This document shows positions 23,963 to 35,468 of a stretch of 64,000 nt of DNA, in pieces. The stretch lies in contig CBFDEM010000048.1 in assembly GCA_965603825.1 (NCBI GenBank), positions 372,001-436,000 of the forward strand. Direction: 5' to 3'. The position numbers and the translations under genes were made by a program. The notes under the pieces are model-generated. The model made no database searches and was not told the DNA's origin. It was given only the letters and a program-made list of their open reading frames with translations. This stretch comes from Blepharisma stoltei ATCC 30299. Lineage: Eukaryota > Protista > Ciliophora. Position 1 is the first letter of the stretch. The number at the start of each line of letters is the position of its first letter.

Positions 23963-24963
23963 ATGGCAGAGGTCAAAGCTAAGAAGTACGAATACTGGGA
24001 AACCCTCTGGAAATTAGTAGAAGAGTACCCACAAGTTTTGATCTGCGAAGCCAATAATGTCGGCAGCAATCTTTTGCAGGATATCAGGACCAAGATTAGA
24101 GCCAGGCAGTCATGCTTTTTGGGAAAAATACACTTAGTAGAGCTGGGCTTAAGCATAGAATGGAGCAGCCAACACCAGAACAAGAGGATTATGAAAAGCG
24201 AAAAGACAAGTGGTTTCCGCTAGAAGGAATCAAAGAGCTTATTCATAATATTAAAGGGAATGTAGGCTTGATTTTCTGTAAAGGAGGAATGGACAAAATC
24301 CTTGAAATTATTGAAACTTCGACCACGCCAGCCGAAGCCAAAGCAGGGACTGTTTCACCTTGTACCGTATCTGTCCCGCCAGGACCTACCGGTATGGATC
24401 CTTCACAGACTGCTTTTTTCCAAGATTTAGGGATTTCAACTTAAATCGCTAAAGGACAAATTGAAATTATTACAGAAGTCCAAGTCTTTGAACAAGGCAA
24501 AAAAGTAGGGAACAGTGAAGCTGTTTTATTGAAGAAGCTTAATATTAAGCCATTTAAGTTCGGCCTTAAGGTTACCAAGGTTTATGATAATGGCTCAGTC
24601 TATAGCGCTGAAGTGCTTAAACTAACCCCTGATGTTGTAATTGGAAAATTCTTGAGCGGGGTCAGAAATATTGCTGCTATGTCTTTAGAGCTAGGAATCC
24701 CAACTGCAGCTTCAGTACCTCATTCTGTTTTGAATGGGTTCAAGAACTTGGTTGGCATTGCCATTGCTATTTATTATCCTTTGAAGCAGGCACAAACCCT
24801 TATTGATGTCATTAAAGACCCATCAAAACTTGCTGCTCTTCAGTCCTCAGCTCCTGCCACAGCTACAGCTGCCCCTCAGGAGACTTCTAAGCCAGTAGAA
24901 GAAGAAAAAGAAATAGAAGTTGATGAAGATTTAGGAGGAATGTTCGGCGATGAAGACTATTAA
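23963..24963 (+). pseudogene. RPLP0: 60S acidic ribosomal protein P0 (uL10) copy with a frameshift and a premature stop
   Basis: NVGS, GKNT, GNVG, GPTGMDP and C-terminal LGGMFG are present. 1-nt deletion near 24105. In-frame TAA at 24442 where T-K-I-x-K-G requires Lys. Confidence 0.8.
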
Positions 24964-24996
24964 GTATTTATTATAAACAATTTTTTAACCTATAAA

Positions 24997-25608
24997 ATGG
25001 ATACAGATAGAGCCAAACTTGTAGTAGAAGCAGAAGTCCGCAACAGACTTATCGCTGAATGTATCCAAAGTGTCAACGACTATCTCCATGGAAGAGCCTG
25101 GGAAATTTTTTCAAATAAGTTTAAATCCATGAATATCAACCTCCCTCGAGATTTAATTGCATGCAAAATCTGTGAAGAGCCAATGACAGGGCATTATTTT
25201 GAAAAAGAGAAAAAAATCATTATCTGCGCTAATAATGTGGTTAATCAAGAATTTGACAGCACTTTGGGGCATGAAATGGTGCATCTTTTTGATGATGCCA
25301 GGGCTGAGGTAGATTTTCATAACCCTGAACATGTAGCGTGCAGCGAAATTAGAGCGACAAATTTAAGTGGAGAATGCAGCAATAAAGGATTTTTGAAACA
25401 TGTGAGGAAAGGAACGGTGACGAAGAAATATACGCAGTGTGTAAAAGATAGGGCAACTAAGAGCTTGATGGATAATCCACATTTTAAATTGAAAAATATG
25501 ATGGAGGCTGAGGAGATTGTGGGAGGCGTTTGGGATGTGTGTTTTTATGATTATGAGCCTTTTAGTATTGATGAGGCGAAGAGGAAAGCAGCAGGGAAAA
25601 AATTTTAG
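24997..25608 (+). CDS. ATP23: Mitochondrial inner membrane metalloprotease ATP23 (M76)
   Basis: HEMVHLFD, HVACSEIRA.NLSGEC, CFYDYEPF. Confidence 0.92.
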   Translation: MDTDRAKLVVEAEVRNRLIAECIQSVNDYLHGRAWEIFSNKFKSMNINLPRDLIACKICEEPMTGHYFEKEKKIIICANNVVNQEFDSTLGHEMVHLFDDARAEVDFHNPEHVACSEIRATNLSGECSNKGFLKHVRKGTVTKKYTQCVKDRATKSLMDNPHFKLKNMMEAEEIVGGVWDVCFYDYEPFSIDEAKRKAAGKKF

Positions 25609-25781
25609 AGACACAATAGGATTAAATAATAAAAGAGAGGATTTAATAAAAATTGGATACGAAAGATATATTATTTGGCTTTTTTGAAGAAATTCTCTGT
25701 AATTTTTATTAATGCTGAAAGCTATTATAAGGTTTCTATATATTGATATAATTTAATCTCCTAAAAGTATATTTATTTGAA

Positions 25782-26243
25782 TTAACTTGAATAAAAGCAA
25801 CTTACAGTAGAAATCCCTAAAAGAGCATATACAATCGAAGCCTGTATCAAAAAGCTCTGAAAATCGCCATTAAATTTTGTATCACTTACACTACTCTGTG
25901 CAATGATATTGACTATCAGAAAAACTGTATATGCACCTATCATTATTCCTTGTCCTGTTTTTTGAAGCTTTAAAGCTGTAAAAGACGTCGGAAGCTGCAA
26001 ACAAACGTGGATTGTGTTAGCTGCTGTAAAAATTCCACAGAGAATTAAAAATATACCAAATATAGCTACATAGATTCTTGTTTGGACACTTGGATTTCCT
26101 GTATAGATGCTAATAGAGTTTAATGCGATATAGAAACTTCCAAATATCCAAAATAAAGGTGTTGCAAAGTAGCAAATACGACAAGCAGCCTCGCTAGCAA
26201 AAATAAATCGAAACCCACTAAAACAGTCTCTTAATAGCGACAT
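25782..26243 (-). CDS. Hypothetical ~4-TM membrane protein
   Basis: Four hydrophobic segments in an ATG-to-TAA ORF. Confidence 0.6.
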   Translation of the reverse strand: MSLLRDCFSGFRFIFASEAACRICYFATPLFWIFGSFYIALNSISIYTGNPSVQTRIYVAIFGIFLILCGIFTAANTIHVCLQLPTSFTALKLQKTGQGIMIGAYTVFLIVNIIAQSSVSDTKFNGDFQSFLIQASIVYALLGISTVSCFYSS

Positions 26244-26541
26244 TATAATTAAATCAAGATGCCTAATGTTCGTATCCTAAAGGAATAATTTTATCTTTAT
26301 TCGAACAATTATGTTAATATCACCAATCAAATTTATTAATAATGCTCTTTAAAATAATATACCCATAATTTAACTTAAGCAAATCAAGTGTAAGAGCAAG
26401 AATATAAGAGTGACGTCTAAGAAGCTAGGTGCAAATAAGGACCATTAATTATACTATTTCAACTTTAATACTTTGGACTTTTATATTTAATCAGTTAAAT
26501 TTATTATTTTGTATTTAAAACAACTTCTTTAAAAAAATAAA

Positions 26542-26841
26542 ATGATGGCAAAGTCTTCAACTGAGATTGTGCTTGATATAAAACCTTATGATCAGACAAC
26601 CAATCTTGGCGAATTAGCAGAAAAAGTGTTCAAAACTGTTTGCTTTGAAGGCTTGTCTTGAAATAGTGACTATACAATATCCCCAATTGCTTTTGGGCTG
26701 AAAAAACTAGTAGTAAAGGGCACAATAAGTGGCAATTTAGTTAATATTGACGATTTGATGGATGAAATAAATTATATGAAAGGAAGCGATGATAGCGATA
26801 TTGTTCACTCAGTGGACTTAGCCTCGTTTAGAAGAATTTAA
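26542..26841 (+). CDS. Stand-alone EF-1beta/delta guanine-nucleotide-exchange domain protein (99 aa); missed by the ORF track
   Basis: IVLDIKPYD...EGLS-W(TGA 26659)...PIAFGLKKL...VHSVDLASF. Confidence 0.85.
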
Positions 26842-27044
26842 TAGGCAGTTCAAATCAGAAAAATGAATTAAAATTAAAATATTTCACACACAAAATATAT
26901 TTTATCGCAAAAATCCTTATGTAATAAAATTAAAAAATATAAATTTTTCATCATTCTAGTAACATTAATCTATTTTTTTTAGAATATAAGAAATCAATTT
27001 ATCGCAATCTTTTTTCCCAGCATTTATGAAATATTATTTTAAAA

Positions 27045-29327
27045 ATGACCGACTTAGAACAAAGTCTCTTAGTTTGGGTAACAGCTATTTAGCTAAATCG
27101 CAACAGTAAAACTGTAAAAGCAAAATCTTTAACAGACCTCAGTGATGGCGTCCTCCTTTACGATTTAATGTCTCAAGTGTAACTTTAATTTAGCCACCCA
27201 GAAATTTTCATCCCCTCTTTAATCAATCATGATGTCAGAGAAAACTTTGCTTTACGGCTTGGAAATCTAAGTAAGCTCAAAAAATGCTTAGAGAAATATT
27301 ACACAGAGGTCCTAGACATTCCTTATACCAAACTTGTAGAGCATATTGAGATCTCTGCAATAGCAAGAAGCGCCGATATCCAAAATCTAATTAGCTTAAT
27401 TGAGTTAGTGATGGGCGCCATCCTTAATTGTGAAGCCAAAGAGACCTATATTTCAAGAATATTGGAATTAAATGAAGCAATTCAAGCTGAGCTTATGGTT
27501 TTCATTCAGAGGATTTTAAATAAATTGCAAGACCCAAAAGAATTATCAGAAGATAAAAGTACTTCGCAATTAAGACAAGAAAACAGGTCTTTGTATTTAC
27601 AGCTGGATGAATTGAGAAACAGCTTAAACGAAATAGTGCAGATTCAAACTGAGCTAATTAAAGAAAGAGATGAAGGACTAGAAAAGATAAAGGTGTTAGA
27701 AGATGAGGTGGAAAGAAAAGTTAATAGAAGATCACAAAATGCTGATATGAGCCTTATGCAGCTTGAAAATCAATTAAACTTAAAAGATGGGATCATTCAA
27801 GACTTAAAAAGCCAAATCAATGAAATTAAAAAAGACAGCCTAAGAGAGGCTTCTTCTTTAAGAGACGAACTTGATGTAGCTCATGAAAAAATTATGCAGC
27901 TCACCAAAGTTGAAGCTACCCTTGAGCAATACAAAAAGCGCCTTGAAGACGTCAACACTTACAAAAAGAAAATAAAAGACCTGGAAGACGAAAAAGAAGC
28001 TCTTGAAAAATCTTTAAATAATTATGAAAACGAGGAATTCGGAGCACAAGATATGAAACAAGCCTTAGACTACTATAAAGAGCAATATCAAATTGAAAAA
28101 GAAAGATCAGCCAGCTTATCATTATCAGTAGAAGAAAAAGAAAGAACTATTAAGGATTTAAGAAAATCCAAAAATGATATTGATGAGCGAAAGCAACGTG
28201 TAGAAAATGAATTAAAAGACTTAAAGCAAGAAGTCGAAGTCCTCAAATCAGGGGTCGAAACTGCAAGGTCAGAAGACGGTTTTTCATTGCAAAGGTCTAT
28301 ACAGCTTGAGCTAGAAGAGCAAGTCAAAAGACTTCAAGCCGAAAATAAGCTTCTGCGAGGCCAATCATCCAATAAAAGTATTATTCAAGAAATGAATGAC
28401 CAAATGGACTCTGTTTTAATTTCTAAAAAAATCGTAGAAGAAAATCTAGCAAATGAAAAGAAAAATACCAAAGATATTCAAAATAAATATGATAGTTTAG
28501 AAAAAGATTTCAATGAACTTTCCAGCAAGTTTTCTGATCTACAGCAAGATTTAAGCGATTCTCATGAGGCTAATGAAAATTTAAAATATAAAATTCAGCA
28601 GCTAGAAAAAGAAAAAGCAAATTTAGAGCATGTGCAAGCTGATTATGATAGGATAAAAGGGGAAAGAGATTCTCATATACAAGAAATGAAAAATTTATTT
28701 AGAGAAAAAGATGAAATTACCCAGAAGCTACTAGAAAGCAAAGAAGATATTCATAAGCTAGAAACCGTGATAGTTCAAAAAGAAACCTTTTTAAAAGCAG
28801 CTGAAATTGACAGAGAAAGAATCGAAAATAAGCTAAGAGAAGCTTACGAAAGTGAAAGAATCGCATTAAGCCAGCTCGAAGTCTTAAAAAAAAATAAAGG
28901 GGAATCTGAAGAACAAAATATTGACAAAATAAAATATTTGGAATTTGAAAGAGACATTATGAAGCTAAATTCAGAAAATACAGCCTTAAAATTGACATTA
29001 AGAGAAAAAGACGACACTCTTAAAAGCCTACAAAAAGAAAAAATCAGAGTAGAAACCGACCTCAGAGAGTCTTTGACGTTAAGAGAAGAAACATTAACCT
29101 CAGTTCACCAAGAAGAAATTAGAAACTTATCAAATATGCTGAACCAAAAAGAAAATGAAGTGCTTTATTTGTCGAAGTCTAAAGAAGAAGTTGTAAGCGC
29201 GTTTAATAAAGAGCTGAGACTCATGAGCATGGTTTTATATGAAGCTGGGATGCAGATGATGCAGACTAATAGAACTGTTAAAGGAGATAAAAGCTGGATT
29301 AATAAAAAAAGGACAATGAAAAGTTAA
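27045..29327 (+). CDS. HOOK-family protein (N-terminal Hook domain plus long coiled coil)
   Basis: Removing two 15-nt introns gives SLLVW-LN...DLSDGV...NLSKL, followed by YISRILEL..Q.ELM. Confidence 0.85.
27078..27092 (+). other. 15-nt intron
   Basis: GTAACAGCTATTTAG; contains an in-frame TAG. Confidence 0.9.
27179..27193 (+). other. 15-nt intron
   Basis: GTAACTTTAATTTAG; contains an in-frame TAA. Confidence 0.9.
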
Positions 29328-29329
29328 GT

Positions 29330-31762
29330 TTAAGGTAATAGAAAATCGGATTTTTCAATAAAAGATACAAATAATGGAATGTCTAAGGTATCGTCTGATT
29401 TTAAGTGGGAAAGACCAAAAATAAAATCGTTTAGGATCAAATGTGGATGGTGCCGCGATATTTTTAATAGTCCTTGGGAAGGAGTGAACTGGTGCATCTT
29501 GATATTAATGGTTTCTTTGCATTTTTTTATTGTATACTCTTGTTGTATTCCTGGCATTTTATACCCAAGCATCCATTTTTCTCCAATTTCTGCTTCTTTG
29601 CTAAAGCAAGGAATACACAATTCTTCAATTTCTTCTTCAAATTTCGCAAATTTAAGTATATCAGCTGCCTCTTTAAACAAATCATAATGATTTGCATTAA
29701 AATTTTCTATCAGCTTTTCTTTTAAATTTTCTTTATATATCACAAATGCTTGGATTTTTGGCAAATTTGTCTGAATATAGAAAATTTTATAGTCGCTGAA
29801 ATTCCATCTTGTAATTGTGTCTGATTTTATCCTCATTAATTGGTAAGAACTATCAGCTAAACGTTGAGCAAAATATGTGCAGCCTGGGAAAAATAAATTA
29901 ATCTCAAAAAATCCTGATGTTAAAAATTCTGATTTTTGGTCGAATATTTTGTTAATATAAGGGAAATGATAGACTTTTGCGCCATTTAATAAAAATATCA
30001 AATTATCGATTTCTCTGTTGACCCCAGTGTTGATTGATGATGAGTTGTACTCGTTAATACTGGTATAATCAAGCAAGGATTTGACAAAACATTGCCGATT
30101 TCCTGAATTCAATAAATTATTTATATTGATTTCTGTTATTTCTAGAATATTTTCTTTTGAAATCTCAGTTTCACATTCAGCTTTTATACTAATTTGTGAA
30201 TAAGTCGATGGGTTAATTGTTGGAATTATCCCAATTTTACTTCGCGAAGTGCCCATGACTGTAATTTTATATGCGCTTTCGTTAAGAATGGTTGATTTTC
30301 AGTTATATTTGCAGCCTGAAAAAACAGTTTTGTATTGTTTTGTAATTTCTTGGTCTTTATATGTAAATAAATTAATTCTGATTTCATCATAATCATAATT
30401 GCTTAGCAGAAATTTCGTGGCTGCTGTAATTTCATGTAAATATCCTTCCCAAACTAAGCATGATAAATGATTAATAACGATTTTCGGCATATCACTGCTA
30501 CAATCCAGCGTATAAACCAGCAATCCTACGATCCTCTGCTCAAAACAAATCCAATAAAAGCATGGATTTACCAAATTTTTTATTTCTAAAAATAATAAAC
30601 TTAAGCTTGAATTTATATTTCGACACATTTCTGGAAGATAATTATAGTACTCACCTAATATTGGACTGATATTTTTTTCATACACATTAATTGGTTTAAA
30701 TCACAGGTTTTCTCAATTGACATTTTCTCCATTTGAATCGAATTTTAATTTTACCTTTGTTTTTTCACTTGATTTATTTATGATATCGTCAGCTAATTTG
30801 CAGAGTTTTGAGCTTCTGGATTTTATTTTGGATTTCGTGCGGGGCTTTCTACTGGGTGGTGTAGTTAAATTTTTGTGGGAACGATGGATTATTTTTGATT
30901 CATTTTTGGCGGATTGAAAATTGCTACTGAGAAGTATCTGATTTGCATCATTTATTCTGCTGAGCAAGTCTGATGAGGCAGGAAGATAAATAAAATTGGG
31001 ATCAATTGATTGGGATGGCTCATTGTTTATAGGGTTTGAGATAGAGCCTAATAATGGGTCATTTTCTTTGAGATTGAAATATTTATGGAGATTTGTTGAT
31101 GATATATAATCGGAGTCTTTTATAATTTTTTCGAAATAATCTGCATCGTCTCATATAAATGAAGTGGACTTGGTGAGGCTAGCTTCATTTTTTCATTGGG
31201 TAATATTTTCAATTACTACTAAAGTTGATAATCTATAGGCATTTAATAAGACTGAAGCTTTTTCTAAAGAATCTTTTCTAGGAGAGCTGCTTTGAATTTC
31301 TTTTTCGCCTTTTTTCAAATCTTCTAAAATTATTTCTCTATCCTGAATGGACTCTATTAATTTTTGTGCAATTGAGGTCCCATTTTTTAAATTAAAAATT
31401 TCCGAGGTTATCTTTGATGAAATTTCATTTTCAGGTAATTGATAAATGCTAGATTTATAAAGATCTCTCATAAATGAAGGAATTTTGCTTTCCTCTCATT
31501 GATTTTCTAATCTTTCTTTGAGATCTTCTACAGTATACAGTGATGTTTTTAGGACTTTTCAATTGAAAACTTTTCCGCCTTCTCCGTTTTCATTTTGCTT
31601 TCCTCAACTGGGGAAGTTTTTTATTGCAAGACTTTTACAGAGCGGCGTAAGCCTTCTATTTAACTGATTTAATGATAATTTCCTTGAAGATTTACTTTTT
31701 GAATCTGGTCTTGACCTTTTCGTAAATAATGACTGCTGATCTTGCAGAAAATTCGATTCCAT
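29330..31762 (-). CDS. Large hypothetical protein (~810 aa) with possible serpin-like C-terminus
   Basis: Four in-frame track ORFs plus an upstream extension are joined by about 8 TGA=Trp codons, from ATG 31762 to TAA 29330. Confidence 0.75.
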
Positions 31763-32088
31763 ACTTTTAATCGATTTTTATAGATAAATTATAATGAGAT
31801 TGAAAATATGATTACTATTTATGGAAACAAAATATGAAATATAAAATAAAAAGCGTTTATATGATTTTAACAGAATTTTATAAGAATTTATAGACTTTAT
31901 AAAATATTGAATTCATTTAAATGCAGTTAATAAAGAAAATTTATTTTTTTTATAATAAATATATGTGATAAAAATTTAAACTCACCTTAAACCTCATCAA
32001 ATAATAGTCTAAACAATTAATTTCCACGTTAGGATAAAATAAGTAATTATGATAACCCAATCCCTTTATGTAAAATTCATCATATATA

Positions 32089-33225
32089 ATGTATGGAAGC
32101 TTAATTCAGTCTGAAAATGAAACTGATCCTCTACTACTCATCAATCGGTCCAAGCTCAACAAAATCTTCTCAAGACACATTCCAGGGCGTGATGGAAAAA
32201 TATCTCCACAAGAAGTCATAAAATTTTGCAAAAACGTCAGAATTTTCCCAGTAAGCTTTATCCAGGATTTAATCCAAATGATCGAGCTCAAAAAAATGAT
32301 AAGAAAACTCTGCTCGTCAAATAAATTTTCATATCAAAATTTTGAAACTTTATTCAAGCTAATTGCAGATCAAGCTTTCAATACCAACGCACCAATTAAC
32401 GACAAATTAAGAATGCTGTTCATTCACATCCGAAATTCATGTAAAATGCATTATCAGGTCTCTTTTACATTTGACGTGAAAAAAGAAAATTCAAGGACTC
32501 CTTTGTCGAGTGAAGAATCAATGCAGGACATCCCTGAGAGCGAATTAAAAAGCTTAAACTGCTCAAGAGAAATAAAAAATGACAAAAATTCAGGAATTAA
32601 GTACTCAACAAAATTTATCACAGGAATTAAAAGATTTTCTAGTATTTCTCCACAAAGAGCTCTGTCGAAATCGCCAAATATGTCTCAGATAGCTAGAAGT
32701 GATACTAAAGAATCAAGAGGGATTACCATTTCTCCAGCACCATTTCTGGATATCTCTGAAAAATCGTCACCTTGTAATATAAGTAGAACACCCCTTGCTA
32801 CAACGTTTAGTTCAGCTATTATTCCATGTGATAAAAGTGTAATCAAAAGTATAAAGCTTGATAAAAGCGCTATAGCAATGCCGAAGTCTAATTCATACTT
32901 AAAAATAAGGGCACATTTAAGGGCGCTTTCTAGTGGAATTGTTGAAAATCCTATAATAAGAAACGATTCTCCAGAAACAAAGAAGCAAGTATTTTCGATT
33001 GAAAAAGCAAAAGAAGTGCTAGGGAGCTTTAAAGAAAAACATAAAAGTATCTTGTTAAGCCAGCCAAAGATTAAGCAGGCCATAACTTTAAAACAAAGCA
33101 GCTACATAGAAAGGATAAGAAATCAGTATTTTTCGCCTTTGTTTGTCAAAACTGCGATTTTTAATGCTTGGAAAAGTTTAAGAAAAAATCATCAGCCACA
33201 AATTCTGCTAGATAAATCTTCATAA
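32089..33225 (+). CDS. Hypothetical protein with EF-hand-like N-terminus and Ser-rich tail
   Basis: Long ORF with a probable in-frame intron at 32251-32265. Confidence 0.7.
   Translation: MYGSLIQSENETDPLLLINRSKLNKIFSRHIPGRDGKISPQEVIKFCKNVRIFPVSFIQDLIQMIELKKMIRKLCSSNKFSYQNFETLFKLIADQAFNTNAPINDKLRMLFIHIRNSCKMHYQVSFTFDVKKENSRTPLSSEESMQDIPESELKSLNCSREIKNDKNSGIKYSTKFITGIKRFSSISPQRALSKSPNMSQIARSDTKESRGITISPAPFLDISEKSSPCNISRTPLATTFSSAIIPCDKSVIKSIKLDKSAIAMPKSNSYLKIRAHLRALSSGIVENPIIRNDSPETKKQVFSIEKAKEVLGSFKEKHKSILLSQPKIKQAITLKQSSYIERIRNQYFSPLFVKTAIFNAWKSLRKNHQPQILLDKSS
32251..32265 (+). other. 15-nt intron (in frame, no stop)
   Basis: GTAAGCTTTATCCAG matches the local consensus (A at -6). Confidence 0.7.
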
Positions 33226-33383
33226 TTCATGTATAAGTAGCTTAAGCAAACTTTCTTTAAATTCATTGCTGCTGACTCTAAGCGAAATTATTTAGCTATT
33301 TCTTATAGATTGTTAAAAAATAGCAAAAATATTGCAAAAGCCTATTTTTATTAAAATAAAAGCTAATTTTATTTTTATTTAGA

Positions 33384-35468
33384 TTAATTTTTAATGCCCT
33401 TGACCTTCAACAAAAGTGGCAGCCACTCCGGCTTTTCATAAACCCTCTTTCCTTTTTCAACTGTTTCGACCATCTTTTTATAGATTTGGCCATCAGATAC
33501 ACCCAGAACCGATCCAAGCACCAAATCAGGAGTTGCCAGTGCATCAATCACTTGAATGCTATCCTCTGCCAGCTCATTGCAAAGCCTCATAATGCTTTCC
33601 CTTATCGCTTTTACATGCGTGGCATTAAAAACATTCTCCATTAGTGTCACTAAAGATTTCTCAATTACTCCAATTGTATAGAGCAGCCAGTATTTTCTGA
33701 AAATTTTCCCTAAAACTTGGTCTTTTGCAGCGAGCTCATTTACAAATCTCAAGAAATCGTTGGTTAAAATTAATTCTCCATAGGCTTTGGAGAGTTCTTG
33801 GATATAATAAACTTGGGCTTTATTCCAAGCGTCAATCATATCGATTGATGTCATTGTATTTTCTTGGAGTTTTAATAAACTTTGGTGAAGCAAAATATTG
33901 ACTCGGTACTCAATGATTTCGAGAAGGACAGCTTCGTTTTCTAGCTGTTCGGAATTTTCGAATTTTGGCTTGAATAAGTTGACTTCATTGATGTCAGTTT
34001 TTAGGAATTTTAGGGTTTTGGCTTGGATTTTTTGGCCTTTGAAAGTCTTTTGGACTTGTTTAAATAAGAATTTTCCGGCTTGCTGAATAAGGACTGAATT
34101 ATCCCCTTCCCAAGTCGCCATGACATCTTGATTATTCCTAATCCTTCCCAGCTGTGCATAGCTTGAATATCCCAGGCCGCCTACAGCCTCCCTGCACTCT
34201 TGTAAGCACGCAATCCCATACCATGACGTCACCACCTTCAGCGCCGACAAAACTGCATGAAATTCATTGACTTCCAAACATTCTGGATCTTCTTCCAATC
34301 TCTTAAAAAACGTATTAATATTAGTCCCCAACGAATAAATAACCGACGCTCTTGTGGCAAAAGTTTTTGCTAAATGAGGAATCAGTCTATATCTCTGCAA
34401 AGGATAATTTAATACAGGCAATTCAGGTCCTTCCTGCCCACTGAATTGTTTTCTAACTGCAGAAAATCTTAAAGCTATGGTCAAGCCATTCCTCATATCT
34501 TGCTCACACCCACTGGTGCAGGAAACTCTGCCTCCTACAAGTCCAGCTATCATAATTCCGAACCTTTTTTCTTTATTTTTTATTGCGCTTTTGAATTTTC
34601 CTTCTGGATTGATGGAACTGAATTTATCGAGAAGGCAGTCATAAGGTATTCTGTAATTTTTGAACAAAATAAAGCCATTATCAATACCTTCTAAGCCAAT
34701 TTTTTTACCACAGTCTCCAAGGACAACACCTGGGAAAGTTTCGTGGGAAGCGTCGTTTTTTCTGATTGGGACCACAAAGGCATGTACACCTTTATTAATA
34801 TTGTCTACGAATAACTGTGCAAAAATGACTGACATATTGGCTGTTTTCCCTATAGCACCGATCCACCATTTAGCTGAAGTAGCTGTAGGGGAATTCAAAA
34901 TAAATTCACGGGTGCTATGATCATAAACAGCTGTTGTTTCTACACTAGCGACGTTAGATCCATGACCTAGCTCAGTCATTCCAAAAGAGCCATAATCTTG
35001 TAAATTGTAAGCTCTATCGACCAGATTCAAATGTTTTGCAGTGCCAAGGTTGGTCACTGTGTCAGTATAAAGCACTAAATGGACTAAAAGCCTGACTGCA
35101 AGAGCAATGTCATAGTCAGCCATTCCGTATAAAAGTTCAAGTTTTTTAGTGTAATCTTCTTTTACTACTTTATAATTTAACCCAGCACTAGGATAAATAG
35201 CAGCGATTTGCTGTACAATTCTTTTGCGTAGAGCTTCACGAGATAATTCAGCTTCGTCGAAATGGTTGAAAAGAGGGTTTTCGTGCATAATTCTTCGGCG
35301 CTCCATGATACCTGGGTAGAAATGGCCAAGATAAGATTCCAAAAGAAGGGTCTTGTTGATTGGGGTTCCTTTTTTTCTATAGTCATTTAAAGACTCATCA
35401 AAGGGAATTGTAGGAAAACGAGAAGTGAGGTGGGATTCTATGAGGTTTAGGCGTTTTAAAGAAGACAT
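33384..35468 (-). CDS. ACOX: Peroxisomal acyl-CoA oxidase with PTS2 signal
   Basis: MTELGHGSNV, KWWIG, DNG, CREAVGGLGY, TWEGDN; N-terminal RLNLIESHL matches RLx5HL. Confidence 0.95.
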   Translation of the reverse strand: MSSLKRLNLIESHLTSRFPTIPFDESLNDYRKKGTPINKTLLLESYLGHFYPGIMERRRIMHENPLFNHFDEAELSREALRKRIVQQIAAIYPSAGLNYKVVKEDYTKKLELLYGMADYDIALAVRLLVHLVLYTDTVTNLGTAKHLNLVDRAYNLQDYGSFGMTELGHGSNVASVETTAVYDHSTREFILNSPTATSAKWWIGAIGKTANMSVIFAQLFVDNINKGVHAFVVPIRKNDASHETFPGVVLGDCGKKIGLEGIDNGFILFKNYRIPYDCLLDKFSSINPEGKFKSAIKNKEKRFGIMIAGLVGGRVSCTSGCEQDMRNGLTIALRFSAVRKQFSGQEGPELPVLNYPLQRYRLIPHLAKTFATRASVIYSLGTNINTFFKRLEEDPECLEVNEFHAVLSALKVVTSWYGIACLQECREAVGGLGYSSYAQLGRIRNNQDVMATWEGDNSVLIQQAGKFLFKQVQKTFKGQKIQAKTLKFLKTDINEVNLFKPKFENSEQLENEAVLLEIIEYRVNILLHQSLLKLQENTMTSIDMIDAWNKAQVYYIQELSKAYGELILTNDFLRFVNELAAKDQVLGKIFRKYWLLYTIGVIEKSLVTLMENVFNATHVKAIRESIMRLCNELAEDSIQVIDALATPDLVLGSVLGVSDGQIYKKMVETVEKGKRVYEKPEWLPLLLKVKGIKN

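Noticed and set aside
24436-24450. TAA as a reassigned Gln codon or Euplotes-type frameshift in RPLP0
   Set aside because: TAA is the normal stop throughout, the expected residue is Lys, the frame is unchanged across it, and a second lesion exists.
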